DNA from: an uncultured virus (IMG/VR IMGVR_UViG_2654588052_000002)
Lineage: Duplodnaviria > Heunggongvirae > Uroviricota > Caudoviricetes
IMG/VR virus record: IMGVR_UViG_2654588052_000002
Location: 1 to 64,000 of that record
Length of the DNA: 64,000 bases
Reading direction: 5' to 3' (one strand)
Under the pieces are notes generated by a model. It saw only the letters and a program-made list of their open reading frames with translations, made no database searches and was not told where the DNA came from. Below, in pieces: positions 9,081-18,761 of the stretch (position 1 is the first letter of the stretch; every line of letters begins with the position of its first letter). The position numbers and the translations under genes are program-made.

Positions 9081-9878
9081 ACAAGCCCTTTGACAACCGC
9101 ATATCGAAGAGGATTAGTACACCTATAAGTGAAACGTTCTTATGCGAGAATGTCACGGTAACGTATACCGCATAGTAGGGCGGGCAAGGCGGTAAGAACC
9201 CGTGTTATGACGAAAAGACCAATTAAAACAAATGAAGACATATTCCAGTGTGACGGGTGTGAGATAACTCGCATTCGTCATGCTGTTTCTATTGTATTTA
9301 TCAATCAGCTCGGAATGCGTCCTCTGGGTTGATAATAAATATAAGTCTATTTCCCTCTAATATGTCGGTTCTTGAAAGTGAAATGGGGGTGGTTGCTCAT
9401 GATTGAGTGACACTTGCATTCTAAAAAGCTAAAAAGTATATGTATCTCGTACATTAGTAATTACTCAAGATTCTTATTAATGACCAAAACGAGGGCAAAG
9501 AGTTCCACTCTTTGTTTGAGCCAATACAGCGGAAACATTCCCCTTCCGTCCCTCTAGTGTATTGGTTCAAACAAGGCGTCGGAAGAAACATATACGTCTT
9601 GGATATAAATCCTTTATAATTCGATATTGGTCAGCTAAGGGCCGCGCCCCCCGATATATTGACCAGCTCTACGGAGTATAAACGAGAAGATTCTTAGTCT
9701 TCTCTTAGCCACCGAACGTAAGGCGTGTAGCTAATAAGGGCTAAAAAATTACATGATGCGGTGGCTTGGAGAAGGTTGAGAGCACTCAGCCTTGATCTAA
9801 GAGAAACCTTGCCATTTGTTTTCTCTCTTTTCTCCCATCCCCTTGAAAGCTGTCACTTCGGTGATGGCTTTTTATTTT
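9081..9878 (+). ncRNA. Candidate ~800-nt structured late-leader RNA
   Basis: ORF-free; long stems with G-U pairs on + strand (9246-9285, 9512-9574, 9684-9704, 9772-9793) and 9707-9766; ends in cUUCGg terminator 9846-9878. Confidence 0.6.
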
Positions 9879-9945
9879 TTCTCTATTGGAAAATAGTGCT
9901 ACAATGTATAAATATGGAGAATTAAACTTAAAAGGGGAATTACAA

Positions 9946-10299
9946 ATGAAAAGAGATATGGAGTTAGTTAGAAAACTATTGGTACTTATTGAGGAACAAG
10001 ATGATAATAGCAAGGAATTGAATATTCCGTCTGAAATTGATAGAAAGGTAGCAGTTTATCACTTGAATTTATTAGAACAAGCTGGTTTTACAGAGAATAA
10101 AATATTCTATGCTGATAACGCTCCTATGTGGATTCATAGTACATTAACATGGGATGGACATGAGTTCTTAGATGCAATAAAAAATGATACAGTATGGAAA
10201 AAATTAAAACAAACTATTGCAGAAAAAGGTGGGAATATCCCATTTGAAATAATGAAGGCACTCGCTATAAAAACTGCAACAACTGTCTTTTTAGGCTAA
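9946..10299 (+). CDS. DUF2513-family protein
   Basis: MKRDMELVRKLL, YHLNLLEQAG, LTWDGHEFLDAIK..VWKKLK. Confidence 0.8.
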   Translation: MKRDMELVRKLLVLIEEQDDNSKELNIPSEIDRKVAVYHLNLLEQAGFTENKIFYADNAPMWIHSTLTWDGHEFLDAIKNDTVWKKLKQTIAEKGGNIPFEIMKALAIKTATTVFLG

Positions 10300-10478
10300 T
10301 CAAGCATCCATAACGGGTACTTTTTTCTTTGTTATATAGAAATTACACATTAAACAACTTTAATAGATGTCTTAGGTATAGTTAGGGAGAGATCATATAA
10401 TGAAACTGAAAGGTTTCAAACATGTTACCCATATTTTTAAGAAGAGAGCACTTACTGGGGAAGTACTCTCTTTCATTT

Positions 10479-10610
10479 GCACCTTTTGGTAAGGACAAGC
10501 ATATATTGAAGTGTAGGACAGGCTCACTCGCTTGTATCTATCTTATTTCAATACTCATTGGAAACCCTTATCACGTTAAGAGCATCTACTGGCGCAGGTG
10601 CTCTCTTTTT
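10479..10610 (+). ncRNA. Candidate SigK-dependent ~95-nt small RNA
   Basis: AC-N17-CATATATTG promoter (10481-10508); terminator AAGAGCATCT..AGGTGCTCT-TTTTT 10578-10610. Confidence 0.45.
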
Positions 10611-10705
10611 ATTGAACAAAATGGACATTTGGATTAAAGGATTCTATGCAAATAGGTAGAATGTAATTATTTGGTTTATATTTTAATCCAAGGGGTACAA
10701 ATTCG

Positions 10706-10897
10706 ATGCGACGTGAAAAGGATTTATTGAAACAATGGAAGGCGGATTTACAAGCTGTTCAAGAAGAGAAGAGATTGAAGAAGAAGGCTAAGAAAAAGAA
10801 TAAGAAATATAGCATTCCAGGTAATACAGCTGACTTCATGGATGGAAAGAATACTTACCGTAAAGAGAATGGGGTATGGAAACAAAGAAATAAATAA
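10706..10897 (+). CDS. Small Lys-rich protein
   Basis: AAGGGG RBS; SigH-like AAGGGATT-N12-GTAGAAT at 10637-10663. Confidence 0.65.
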   Translation: MRREKDLLKQWKADLQAVQEEKRLKKKAKKKNKKYSIPGNTADFMDGKNTYRKENGVWKQRNK

Positions 10898-11114
10898 TGT
10901 GAGGATAAATAAATTTGATTAAGTTTATAGCAATTATCGTAGGCGCTGCCGTGATCTGGGTGGCGTCTTGTTTGTTGTTAAGGAAAGATAAGACGTGAGA
11001 TAGATTTGCAAATTGAAATATTATTAGTTTGAAACATAGACTAGTAAACAAACTATTTCTATCTTTTAATCATAGAATATGATGAATTCTATTTTAGAGG
11101 AGGGAATCATATCT

Positions 11115-11327
11115 ATGGGATGGGATAATAATTTTGGACATTCCCGAGATTGTAATAGATTTTGGGATGATTTAGTATTTTGCGGTTGCGGCCGTAGACG
11201 AAGAAGAAACGATTTTAACGACTGTCATTGTAGACGTGACTGCGATTGTGATGAGTGTCGTCGTAGACGTAATCATGACCGCGATCGTGAGCATGAACAT
11301 GGACATGGTGAGCATCAAGATTGGTAA
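11115..11327 (+). CDS. Cys/Arg/His-rich small protein, spore-coat-like
   Basis: GAGGAGGG RBS; CGCGRRRRR, DCHCRRDCDCDEC; SigK-like AC-N17-CATAGAATA at 11052-11079; terminator downstream. Confidence 0.7.
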   Translation: MGWDNNFGHSRDCNRFWDDLVFCGCGRRRRRNDFNDCHCRRDCDCDECRRRRNHDRDREHEHGHGEHQDW

Positions 11328-11477
11328 AGCCTTTTGAAAGAGTGCGATGAAAAAACGCACTCTTTTTTGTTATGTTTTTAATTAGTACTTATTAACCCGA
11401 AGGATGCAGTTTCAATTGGATTTAACATTTTACAAAACAAGCGAACACAACGAACGAAAATAAATGTCCTACTTAAC

Positions 11478-11600
11478 TGTCTAAAAGTTGACCCTTTTGT
11501 ACAGTAGAAATGTATAGGGTAAAAACTTTGTAAACAGATAGTTGTTAATGTCTAAAAGATAGTCTAAAATAAAAGTATATAATTCTTAAGACTTTTAGAC
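11478..11600. promoter_or_regulatory. Putative res site of the resolvase
   Basis: GTCTAAAA three times plus inverted TTTTAGAC directly upstream of the serine recombinase. Confidence 0.6.
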
Positions 11601-11618
11601 TATTTTGAGGTGATTTGG

Positions 11619-12194
11619 ATGGCTATCGTTGGTTATGCAAGGGTGAGTACAAAAGATCAAAACTTAGATGCACAAATTGAAAGGTTAACAGAATATGGAT
11701 GTGAAAAAATATATTCTGAAAAGTACAGTGGAGCTAATAGTGATCGGGAAGAATTACAAAAGGCATTAGAGTATATGAGAGAAGGGGATAAATTTGTTGT
11801 TTGTAAAATAGATCGTTTAGCTAGATCGATATTTGATTTGCATAAGATTGTAAATCAATTAGCTGATAGAGGAATAGCGGTGGTATTTCTTAAAGAACAA
11901 ATTGATTTTTCTACACCAGCAGGTAAATTGATGTTTACTATGTTAGGGGCTATTGCTGAGTTTGAAAGGGATTTAATTAACGAAAGAACAGCTGAAGGAA
12001 GAGAAAGAGCTAAAGCAATGGGCAAACATATGGGGCGTAAGGGGCAGGATGAAAAACAGGTGAAGCAGGCTATGAACTTATTCTTTAATAGGAAAGAGAA
12101 TGGTTTGAGTGTAAATGATATTTCAAAAATGACGGGAGTTCCGCGTTCTACTCTTTATGCTAAAGCGAAAGAATTAAAAGAGGAGGAATTATGA
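11619..12194 (+). CDS. Small serine recombinase (resolvase/invertase)
   Basis: GYARVSTKDQNL, DRLARS, AEFERDLINERT, C-terminal HTH GVPRSTLY. Confidence 0.93.
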   Translation: MAIVGYARVSTKDQNLDAQIERLTEYGCEKIYSEKYSGANSDREELQKALEYMREGDKFVVCKIDRLARSIFDLHKIVNQLADRGIAVVFLKEQIDFSTPAGKLMFTMLGAIAEFERDLINERTAEGRERAKAMGKHMGRKGQDEKQVKQAMNLFFNRKENGLSVNDISKMTGVPRSTLYAKAKELKEEEL

Positions 12195-12365
12195 TGGAGG
12201 AATATGAACAGCTACGGCAGGAATTTTGAAATATAAGTAATCAGTTAAAGTAGCGAATCCGCTGCTTTTTTATTTTATAAAGAATTCACTTTAAACATTT
12301 TTCATAGTTAAGAATACTTATGTAAATATGGTAACAGATTTGATTCTTGGAATGAGGGGATCGAT

Positions 12366-12641
12366 GTGGATATAACGAAAAGTATGGCAAGAATAGTTGT
12401 TAATGGGATAAATCTTCCGTTTACTTCAGTTAGGACAACTGCATGGATTAATGGACCTGCAAATGATTTAATTGTTACGACTAGGCAAAGAGTGAATGAG
12501 CTTTATCGTGTTATGTGGTCGCGGGTGCCAGTCATGCTAACAATGTATTTCATTCAGGGGGCGGACATGGTGAGATTTGCTAGGGTTGCAGGAGTTGATG
12601 AAAGTATAACGGGAGAATATATATATCATTTTATTTGGTGA
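12366..12641 (+). CDS. Hypothetical protein (moron)
   Basis: GAGGGG RBS; flanked by two similar AAGTAGC..GCTGCTTTTTT terminators. Confidence 0.65.
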   Translation: MDITKSMARIVVNGINLPFTSVRTTAWINGPANDLIVTTRQRVNELYRVMWSRVPVMLTMYFIQGADMVRFARVAGVDESITGEYIYHFIW

Positions 12642-12772
12642 TAAGAAGAACTTTAAGTAGCCTAACAGCTGCTTTTTTATTTTATAAAAAAAGAACCTGC
12701 AAACCTGCAGATTCTCCTGATAATGATTTATATAAATAAGATTCGAAAATGAGTTCAAGAACGCTTGTTGAT

Positions 12773-13003
12773 TCAGTCTGTTCTGTAATCGTTGTTTCTA
12801 ATTTTCTTTTTTATATCTAAAAATCCTATAAGCATAATTGCTATAAATATTAATTTAGTCCAATAAAATTCTTGATGGAACATTAGCCCATAGAAGAAAT
12901 CAAAAGCATATATTAGACCGATGATGGGGAATAGCCAAATCATAAATTTCAAATCTTTTAAATGATATTTGTAATTATTGATTTTTTTCCACATATGTAT
13001 CAA
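12773..13003 (-). CDS. Small membrane protein
   Basis: Two TM segments; AGGAG RBS (likely start MWKK). Confidence 0.65.
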   Translation of the reverse strand: MIHMWKKINNYKYHLKDLKFMIWLFPIIGLIYAFDFFYGLMFHQEFYWTKLIFIAIMLIGFLDIKKKIRNNDYRTD

Positions 13004-13012
13004 CTCCTAATG

Positions 13013-13219
13013 TTATGAGGTTCTGTAGTTTTTCTTTTTAAAATCGCGCATGTTGAGGATAAAGAATAGAAGGAAGATAACAGCTCCGATGCCATTAATC
13101 CAGTAGTATGTGCGCCCTGTTGTGAATCCGTTATAGAATTCATAGGCATTCCAAATTACAAGAAGTACTGAACAGACAGTGGAGATCATTAATGAGCCAA
13201 AACTTCTCATGATTTTCAC
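13013..13219 (-). CDS. Small membrane protein
   Basis: Two TM segments; GAGGTG RBS; C-terminus resembles neighbour (KKK..YRT). Confidence 0.65.
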   Translation of the reverse strand: MKIMRSFGSLMISTVCSVLLVIWNAYEFYNGFTTGRTYYWINGIGAVIFLLFFILNMRDFKKKNYRTS

Positions 13220-13575
13220 CTCAATTCAAAATGTTAGAACTTATTTACAATTTTACATTTAAATAAATAGATTTACAAGAAGAGGAATAAAAAAAGAACC
13301 TGCAAACCTGCAGATTCTCCTGATAATGATTTATGGAGCAAGACCCGAAAATATAATACAACAATTCAAAAATGAGTTCAAGTAAATAAAAAGAACCCGC
13401 TGGAGTTCGGGTCCTTTCAGAAGTGATGATGTATTCTCGGCTCGAGAACTGAGAAAAACACAAAAATATAATACATCGAGTTTTAGAGAATTTCAATACT
13501 AAATTTGGGATTACCATGAGGAGGAGTTATGACGAGTTTCATCCTATTAATATAGAAGGTGGTGGGTGATATGAA

Positions 13576-14334
13576 GTGAAACAAAAACATGAGTTAGCTC
13601 AAGAAGATTACATGCAAGGTATGAAGTATAAGGAACTGGCTGAGAAATATGAGGTTAGTGTTAATACAATTAAGTCCTGGAGAAAAAGGCATGGTTGGAA
13701 TCGAAAGAGGGTGCACCAAAAAGATGAAAAAGGGTGCACCCAAACCAAGAAAACAGGTGCACCCTTTGGCAATAAGAATGCGGTGGGTAATTCGGGTAAC
13801 AAGAACCCTAAATGGGGTAATAAGAATGCTGTGGGTCATGGCGCTCCAAAAGGGAACCATAACGCTATGACGCATGGATTTTTCCGCAAACACTTTCCAG
13901 AAGATGTGGCGGATTTAGCTGCTGAAATCATGGAGAAGCATCCAATTGATATGTTATGGGAAAACATAACGATTCAATACACAGCTATTATTAGAGCACA
14001 ACGATTGATGTTTGTTAGATACCAAGAAGATACGACGAAGGAACTACGCAAGAATAAAGTTACAGAGGGTGGATTTGAAGAAGAATGGGAAATCCAATTC
14101 GCTTGGGACAAACATGCCACATTCCTAAACGCTCAATCCAGAGCAATGAGCACTTTGTCTTCGCTTATTCGAGACTTTGATAAGTTAGCTAATATAGATG
14201 ATGAAAGACGTGCTAAATTGAGCCTGATGAATGCTCAAATAGACAAGATTAGAAATGAATTAAAAGACGAAAATCCAGCAGAAGACAAAATCGGTCAATA
14301 CTTGGATAAGTTAGAAGGTGCGTTTAAGAAATGA
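13576..14334 (+). CDS. Terminase small subunit
   Basis: N-terminal HTH (LAEKYEVSVNTIKSW), GAPFGNKNA / GAPKGNHNAMTHG motifs; upstream of large subunit. Confidence 0.9.
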   Translation: MKQKHELAQEDYMQGMKYKELAEKYEVSVNTIKSWRKRHGWNRKRVHQKDEKGCTQTKKTGAPFGNKNAVGNSGNKNPKWGNKNAVGHGAPKGNHNAMTHGFFRKHFPEDVADLAAEIMEKHPIDMLWENITIQYTAIIRAQRLMFVRYQEDTTKELRKNKVTEGGFEEEWEIQFAWDKHATFLNAQSRAMSTLSSLIRDFDKLANIDDERRAKLSLMNAQIDKIRNELKDENPAEDKIGQYLDKLEGAFKK

Positions 14335-15560
14335 GCATGAACGAGCTATATAACAAAAAGCAACAACAAGTATTGAATTACGTTTATAACAATGACTACT
14401 TCATGTTAATACAGCATGGAGCTAAACGTACTGGTAAAACAATCTTAAACAATGATTTGTTCCTTGCTGAGTTAAGACGAGTAAGAAGAATTGCTGATAA
14501 TGAAGGTGTAGATTTACCACAGTATATATTGGCTGGCGCATCATTAGGTACATTAGCAAAGAACGTACTCATTGAACTTACAAATAAGTATGGACTTGAT
14601 TTTCAAATGGATAAATACAATCGTTTTAAATTATTTGGCGTTCTTGTTTGTTGCACGGGTCATTCTAAGATAAGCCATTTAGATACTATTCGTGGTATGA
14701 CTGCTTACGGCGCTTATGTGAATGAAGGTTCTCTTGCTAATAAAGATGTATTCGATGAGATTAAATCACGTTGTAGTGGTGAAGGTGCTCGTATATTAGT
14801 CGATACGAACCCAGATCATCCGGAACATTGGCTTAAAGTCGATTACATTGATAAAGACGACAACGTAACAATCAAAGCATTTCAATACGAATTAGATGAT
14901 AATACATTCTTAAACGAAAGATACAGAGAGCGTATTAAAGCTTCTACTCCTGAAGGAATGTTTTATGACCGTAACATAAAGGGATTATGGTGCAGTGCTG
15001 ATGGAGTTGTATATAAAGACTTTAATAAGGATGTACATTATATAGAAGAAACTGATCTAAAAGATATTAAATTCACGAAATACTTCGCTGGTGTCGATTG
15101 GGGTTACGAGCATTTTGGCTCCATTGTTGTTATTGGTGAAGATGATGAAGAGAATCTATACCTTTTAGAAGAACATGCAAAACAACATGAAGAAATAGAT
15201 TTCTGGGTAGGTGTCGCTAAAGACGTAAAATCACGCTATGGTAACATCTTTTTTTATTGTGACAGTGCAAGGCCTGAACATATAAAACGATTCAAACGAG
15301 AGGGATTACGAGCAAGAAACGCTGATAAATCTGTCTTATCTGGTATAGAAATGGTTGCAAAGTACATCAAAACAGAAAGCTTCAAGGCTGTATCTGAGCG
15401 TGTGGAGCGATTTAAGAAAGAAGTATTCATGTATGTTTGGAATGAGAAAACAGGTGAACCAGTGAAGGAATGGGACGATGTATTAGATGCTGTACGATAT
15501 GCTATTTATACAGAGAAAAGTGAAAATAGAAAAGCAAGAGCTGTTAAATCAATTTATTAA
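14331..15560 (+). CDS. Terminase large subunit, PBSX/SPP1 type
   Basis: HGAKRTGKT, DTNPDHPEHWLK, GVDWGY, DDVLDAVRYA. Confidence 0.93.
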   Translation: MSMNELYNKKQQQVLNYVYNNDYFMLIQHGAKRTGKTILNNDLFLAELRRVRRIADNEGVDLPQYILAGASLGTLAKNVLIELTNKYGLDFQMDKYNRFKLFGVLVCCTGHSKISHLDTIRGMTAYGAYVNEGSLANKDVFDEIKSRCSGEGARILVDTNPDHPEHWLKVDYIDKDDNVTIKAFQYELDDNTFLNERYRERIKASTPEGMFYDRNIKGLWCSADGVVYKDFNKDVHYIEETDLKDIKFTKYFAGVDWGYEHFGSIVVIGEDDEENLYLLEEHAKQHEEIDFWVGVAKDVKSRYGNIFFYCDSARPEHIKRFKREGLRARNADKSVLSGIEMVAKYIKTESFKAVSERVERFKKEVFMYVWNEKTGEPVKEWDDVLDAVRYAIYTEKSENRKARAVKSIY

Positions 15561-15572
15561 GGAGGTGAGACG

Positions 15573-16997
15573 ATGTTTGAACACTATATTCCGTTGCTGG
15601 ATGAACAGAATGGCGAGCCTACCTCAAAGTTACTAAAAAAAATTATTGATGAGTTTGAACCATTAAAACAACGTATGATTAACAGGTACGAGCGATACAA
15701 AGCAAGTGAAAAGGGAGTGCCTATCTTTACTCGCGAGTTTAAAGGTGATGGTAATAAAGACAAGGTTAACAATAAGCTAAACAATGACTTCTTTTCTGAA
15801 ATTATCGATACAAAAATCGGTTATATGTTTGGGTTGCCTATCTCATACAGCTTAGATCATGAAGATGATGAAGTATTGAAACGTATTCAGGACTTTTTAA
15901 AAGCGAATCATACTGAGGATGCTGACGCAGAAACAGGGAAGTTCGCTTCTATTTGTGGATACGGAGCGAGACTACTGTATCACGATAAAGAAGGCATCGA
16001 AAAGGTTATGAATATCAAACCTTACGAAGCTATATTTCTTACGAATTCAAGCATTGCAGAACCTAAATACGCTATACGCTGCTATCCAATCAAAGTAATT
16101 GATGGTGATGATTTCAAGGATGGTTACAAAGTAGAGTTTTACAATGAAACAAACATTATTGAGTACACTGGTGAAGATTTAGATAAGTTAACAGAGACTG
16201 ACCGTATTCCTAACTTATTTAAAGGTGTGCCACTTATTGGGTTTCCTAATAATGAAGAATTACAAGGCGATGTAGATAAAGCTATTTCCCTTATTGAAGG
16301 TTATGACCGTTCGTTTTCCGATGTAAACAGTGAGATTGAACAGTTTCGTCTGGCTTATATGATCTTTAAAGGCGTTGATATAGATGATGATACTATCGAG
16401 AAGCTAAGAAAAACTGGTGCTCTTGATGTAGGTGAAGATGGTGAGGCTTCTTTCTTAACTAAGGACCTTAATGACAACATCTTAGAACACCATCTTGACA
16501 GATTAGAAAAGAATATATGCCGTTTCACAAAGCATGTGAACCTTTCTGATGAATCATTTGGTGGTAATCTTACTGGTGTTGCTATTCGTTACAAGTTATT
16601 AGCTTTAGAAACTAAATCAGGAACATTAGAAATGAAGTTTACTAAGTCATTGCGACAACAATTTAAGTTATTGTTTGATGCTTGGAACTTACGCTCAAAT
16701 AAAAGAGAACTAGACTACCTTTGTATGACGTTTCAATTTACGCGAAACCTTCCAGCCAACTTAGCTGATGAAGCTGATGTGCAGTCTAAACTACAAGGTT
16801 TAGTAAGTGAAGAAACACGATTATCTATGTTATCTGTTGTTTCTGATCCGAAAGCGGAAATACAGAAGATGCAGGAAGAAGAAGCGGATTCCATGAATCT
16901 CGACAAGGTAGGTGAGCCTAATGGAATGGGACAAGAAGCAGAAACACCTCCAAAAGATAGAGGACGAACTGGAAAAGGCGATTCTCTACCTGTATAA
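15573..16997 (+). CDS. Portal protein, SPP1 gp6 family
   Basis: IIDTKIGYMFG, FGGNLTGVAIRYKL, FTRNLPAN, SEETRLS. Confidence 0.92.
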   Translation: MFEHYIPLLDEQNGEPTSKLLKKIIDEFEPLKQRMINRYERYKASEKGVPIFTREFKGDGNKDKVNNKLNNDFFSEIIDTKIGYMFGLPISYSLDHEDDEVLKRIQDFLKANHTEDADAETGKFASICGYGARLLYHDKEGIEKVMNIKPYEAIFLTNSSIAEPKYAIRCYPIKVIDGDDFKDGYKVEFYNETNIIEYTGEDLDKLTETDRIPNLFKGVPLIGFPNNEELQGDVDKAISLIEGYDRSFSDVNSEIEQFRLAYMIFKGVDIDDDTIEKLRKTGALDVGEDGEASFLTKDLNDNILEHHLDRLEKNICRFTKHVNLSDESFGGNLTGVAIRYKLLALETKSGTLEMKFTKSLRQQFKLLFDAWNLRSNKRELDYLCMTFQFTRNLPANLADEADVQSKLQGLVSEETRLSMLSVVSDPKAEIQKMQEEEADSMNLDKVGEPNGMGQEAETPPKDRGRTGKGDSLPV

Positions 16998-17838
16998 AGA
17001 TGCTTTAGAAGAAGTCAGAGGAATACTGGCTTTTTATTATGCCAAATATGCCGTAAATGAGCAGTTGAGTATGCAGGAAATGCGCCGATTCAATCGATAT
17101 AAGAGCATGCAAAGTGAACTGCAACAAGTAATTAATGAAATAACATATGAGAAAAAGAAAACTCTCAATGAAACGCTCTCCAATCAGTATGGAGAGTCTT
17201 TTTATTATACGAGTTATCTCATCGAGAAAGAAGTCGGCGTGGCTCTTTCGTATGGTCTTATTGACCCGAATGTCATTAAACGAGCGGTACAAATGCCAAT
17301 CGATAAAATGACACTCAATCAAAGGTTAAGTACACATCGAGTACAGATAGTTAACCGAATACGCAGGGAGTTATCTATCGGTCTTAGAAAAGGCGAAGGA
17401 TATGCAACAATGGCAAATCGGATTAAGCCGATACTTGATGGTGATGCGAAGAAAGCCCAAATGGTCGCTTGGACAGAAAGTGCTAGGGTGCAAAACTTAG
17501 GTACTTATGACAGTGCTTCTCACGCTTTTGATGAAGGTGTATCAATGAAGAAGATTTGGATTGCTACATTAGATAAACGTACGCGTCCCACTCACCAAGC
17601 AGCAGATCATCAAAAAGTACCGTTTAAAGGATTATTTAAAGTCGGTGGTTATAGTTGCGAATATCCACATGATAGTAATTTACCTGCTAAAGAAGTTGTA
17701 CGATGCCGCTGTACTTTCATTACTGAGGTAGCGGATGTTAGCCCATTTATTGAGAGAAGGGCCAGAAACCCAACTACAGGTAAGAATGAGGTTATTACCG
17801 CAGTTAGTTATGAAGAATGGAAAGACTCTCTTGAATAA
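16921..17838 (+). CDS. Minor head protein (SPP1 gp7 / Mu gpF-like)
   Basis: WIATLDKRTRPTH and RCRCT motifs. Confidence 0.88.
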   Translation: MEWDKKQKHLQKIEDELEKAILYLYKDALEEVRGILAFYYAKYAVNEQLSMQEMRRFNRYKSMQSELQQVINEITYEKKKTLNETLSNQYGESFYYTSYLIEKEVGVALSYGLIDPNVIKRAVQMPIDKMTLNQRLSTHRVQIVNRIRRELSIGLRKGEGYATMANRIKPILDGDAKKAQMVAWTESARVQNLGTYDSASHAFDEGVSMKKIWIATLDKRTRPTHQAADHQKVPFKGLFKVGGYSCEYPHDSNLPAKEVVRCRCTFITEVADVSPFIERRARNPTTGKNEVITAVSYEEWKDSLE

Positions 17839-17912
17839 TAAAAAACACTTGAGGGCTTATAGATTACGAACTTAATAGGGCGCAATTATAGGAACTCAGA
17901 GGAGGAATAATA

Positions 17913-18644
17913 ATGAAACAATTACAAAAGCAAGCGGAAGTACAGTTTTTAAAAGAAAGAGAACTAACAAAGTTACCGTTTCGTTTATCAAATCTGCAAT
18001 TCTTTTCTGATCCTGTAATACCTGCAGATGAGACACTACAGAATGAACAAACATCACCTGCGGATGATATAAAAGATTCACTAGTTGAAGAGCAAAAAGA
18101 ACCGCCAGTTGGTGAACAAAAAGAACCGAAATTAGATGATGCAACAAAAACATTTATTGAGAAGATGGTACAATCAGCGGAAGATAGAGTGCGCTCTAAA
18201 TATTCGAAAGAACTGAATGCAACAAAGAAGGAATTAGAGAACTATAAAACCGCGTCTATGACTGCCCAAGAGAAAGCTGAATATGAGATGAAGCAACTTC
18301 AGGAACAACTAGAAGAGCGAGAAAGAGTACTTCATCAGAAAGAAATGCAGAGTGTTGCATCAGATGGTTTATCAGCGGTTGGATTGGATCTTAAATTTGT
18401 AGATTTTGTTATTGGTTCAGATGTAGAAGATACAAAAGTTAGGGTGTCAAAGTTTAATGATTTATTCTCTAGTGCATTAGAAGTAAAAGTGGCTGAAAAG
18501 TTTAAAGCTGCTGGCCGAGAAATCCATGTTAGTGGCGGAACTGGAGGGGGATTTACGAGAGAACAAGTAAATTCAATGAGTCAAGCTGAAATTAATGCGA
18601 ACTGGCCACAAATTCAGAAGGATATGCGCAATTGGGGTAAGTAG
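17913..18644 (+). CDS. Capsid scaffolding protein (DUF4355-like)
   Basis: LQFFS motif, coiled coil, position before capsid gene. Confidence 0.82.
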   Translation: MKQLQKQAEVQFLKERELTKLPFRLSNLQFFSDPVIPADETLQNEQTSPADDIKDSLVEEQKEPPVGEQKEPKLDDATKTFIEKMVQSAEDRVRSKYSKELNATKKELENYKTASMTAQEKAEYEMKQLQEQLEERERVLHQKEMQSVASDGLSAVGLDLKFVDFVIGSDVEDTKVRVSKFNDLFSSALEVKVAEKFKAAGREIHVSGGTGGGFTREQVNSMSQAEINANWPQIQKDMRNWGK

Positions 18645-18761
18645 CACTAGGAAAGTTAAGTGATTTGAATGGTACAGTCAAAAAAATATAAAACGAACAA
18701 AAGAGATTGCTAGTTTAGTAATCTCTTTTGTTATGGAAAAACATTAAGGAGGAATTAATAT

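Larger units (their letters stand above)
12684..13382. repeat. Direct repeat pair (12684-12759 and 13287-13382)
   Basis: Identical ATAAAAAAAGAACCTGCAAACCTGCAGATTCTCCTGATAATGATTTAT, then AAAATGAGTTCAAG in both copies. Confidence 0.85.

Noticed and set aside
10371..10401. SigE promoter
   Set aside because: Spacing between the ATA element and CATA is too short
10422..10637. 71-aa ORF in the track
   Set aside because: No RBS, crosses two terminators; better explained as non-coding units
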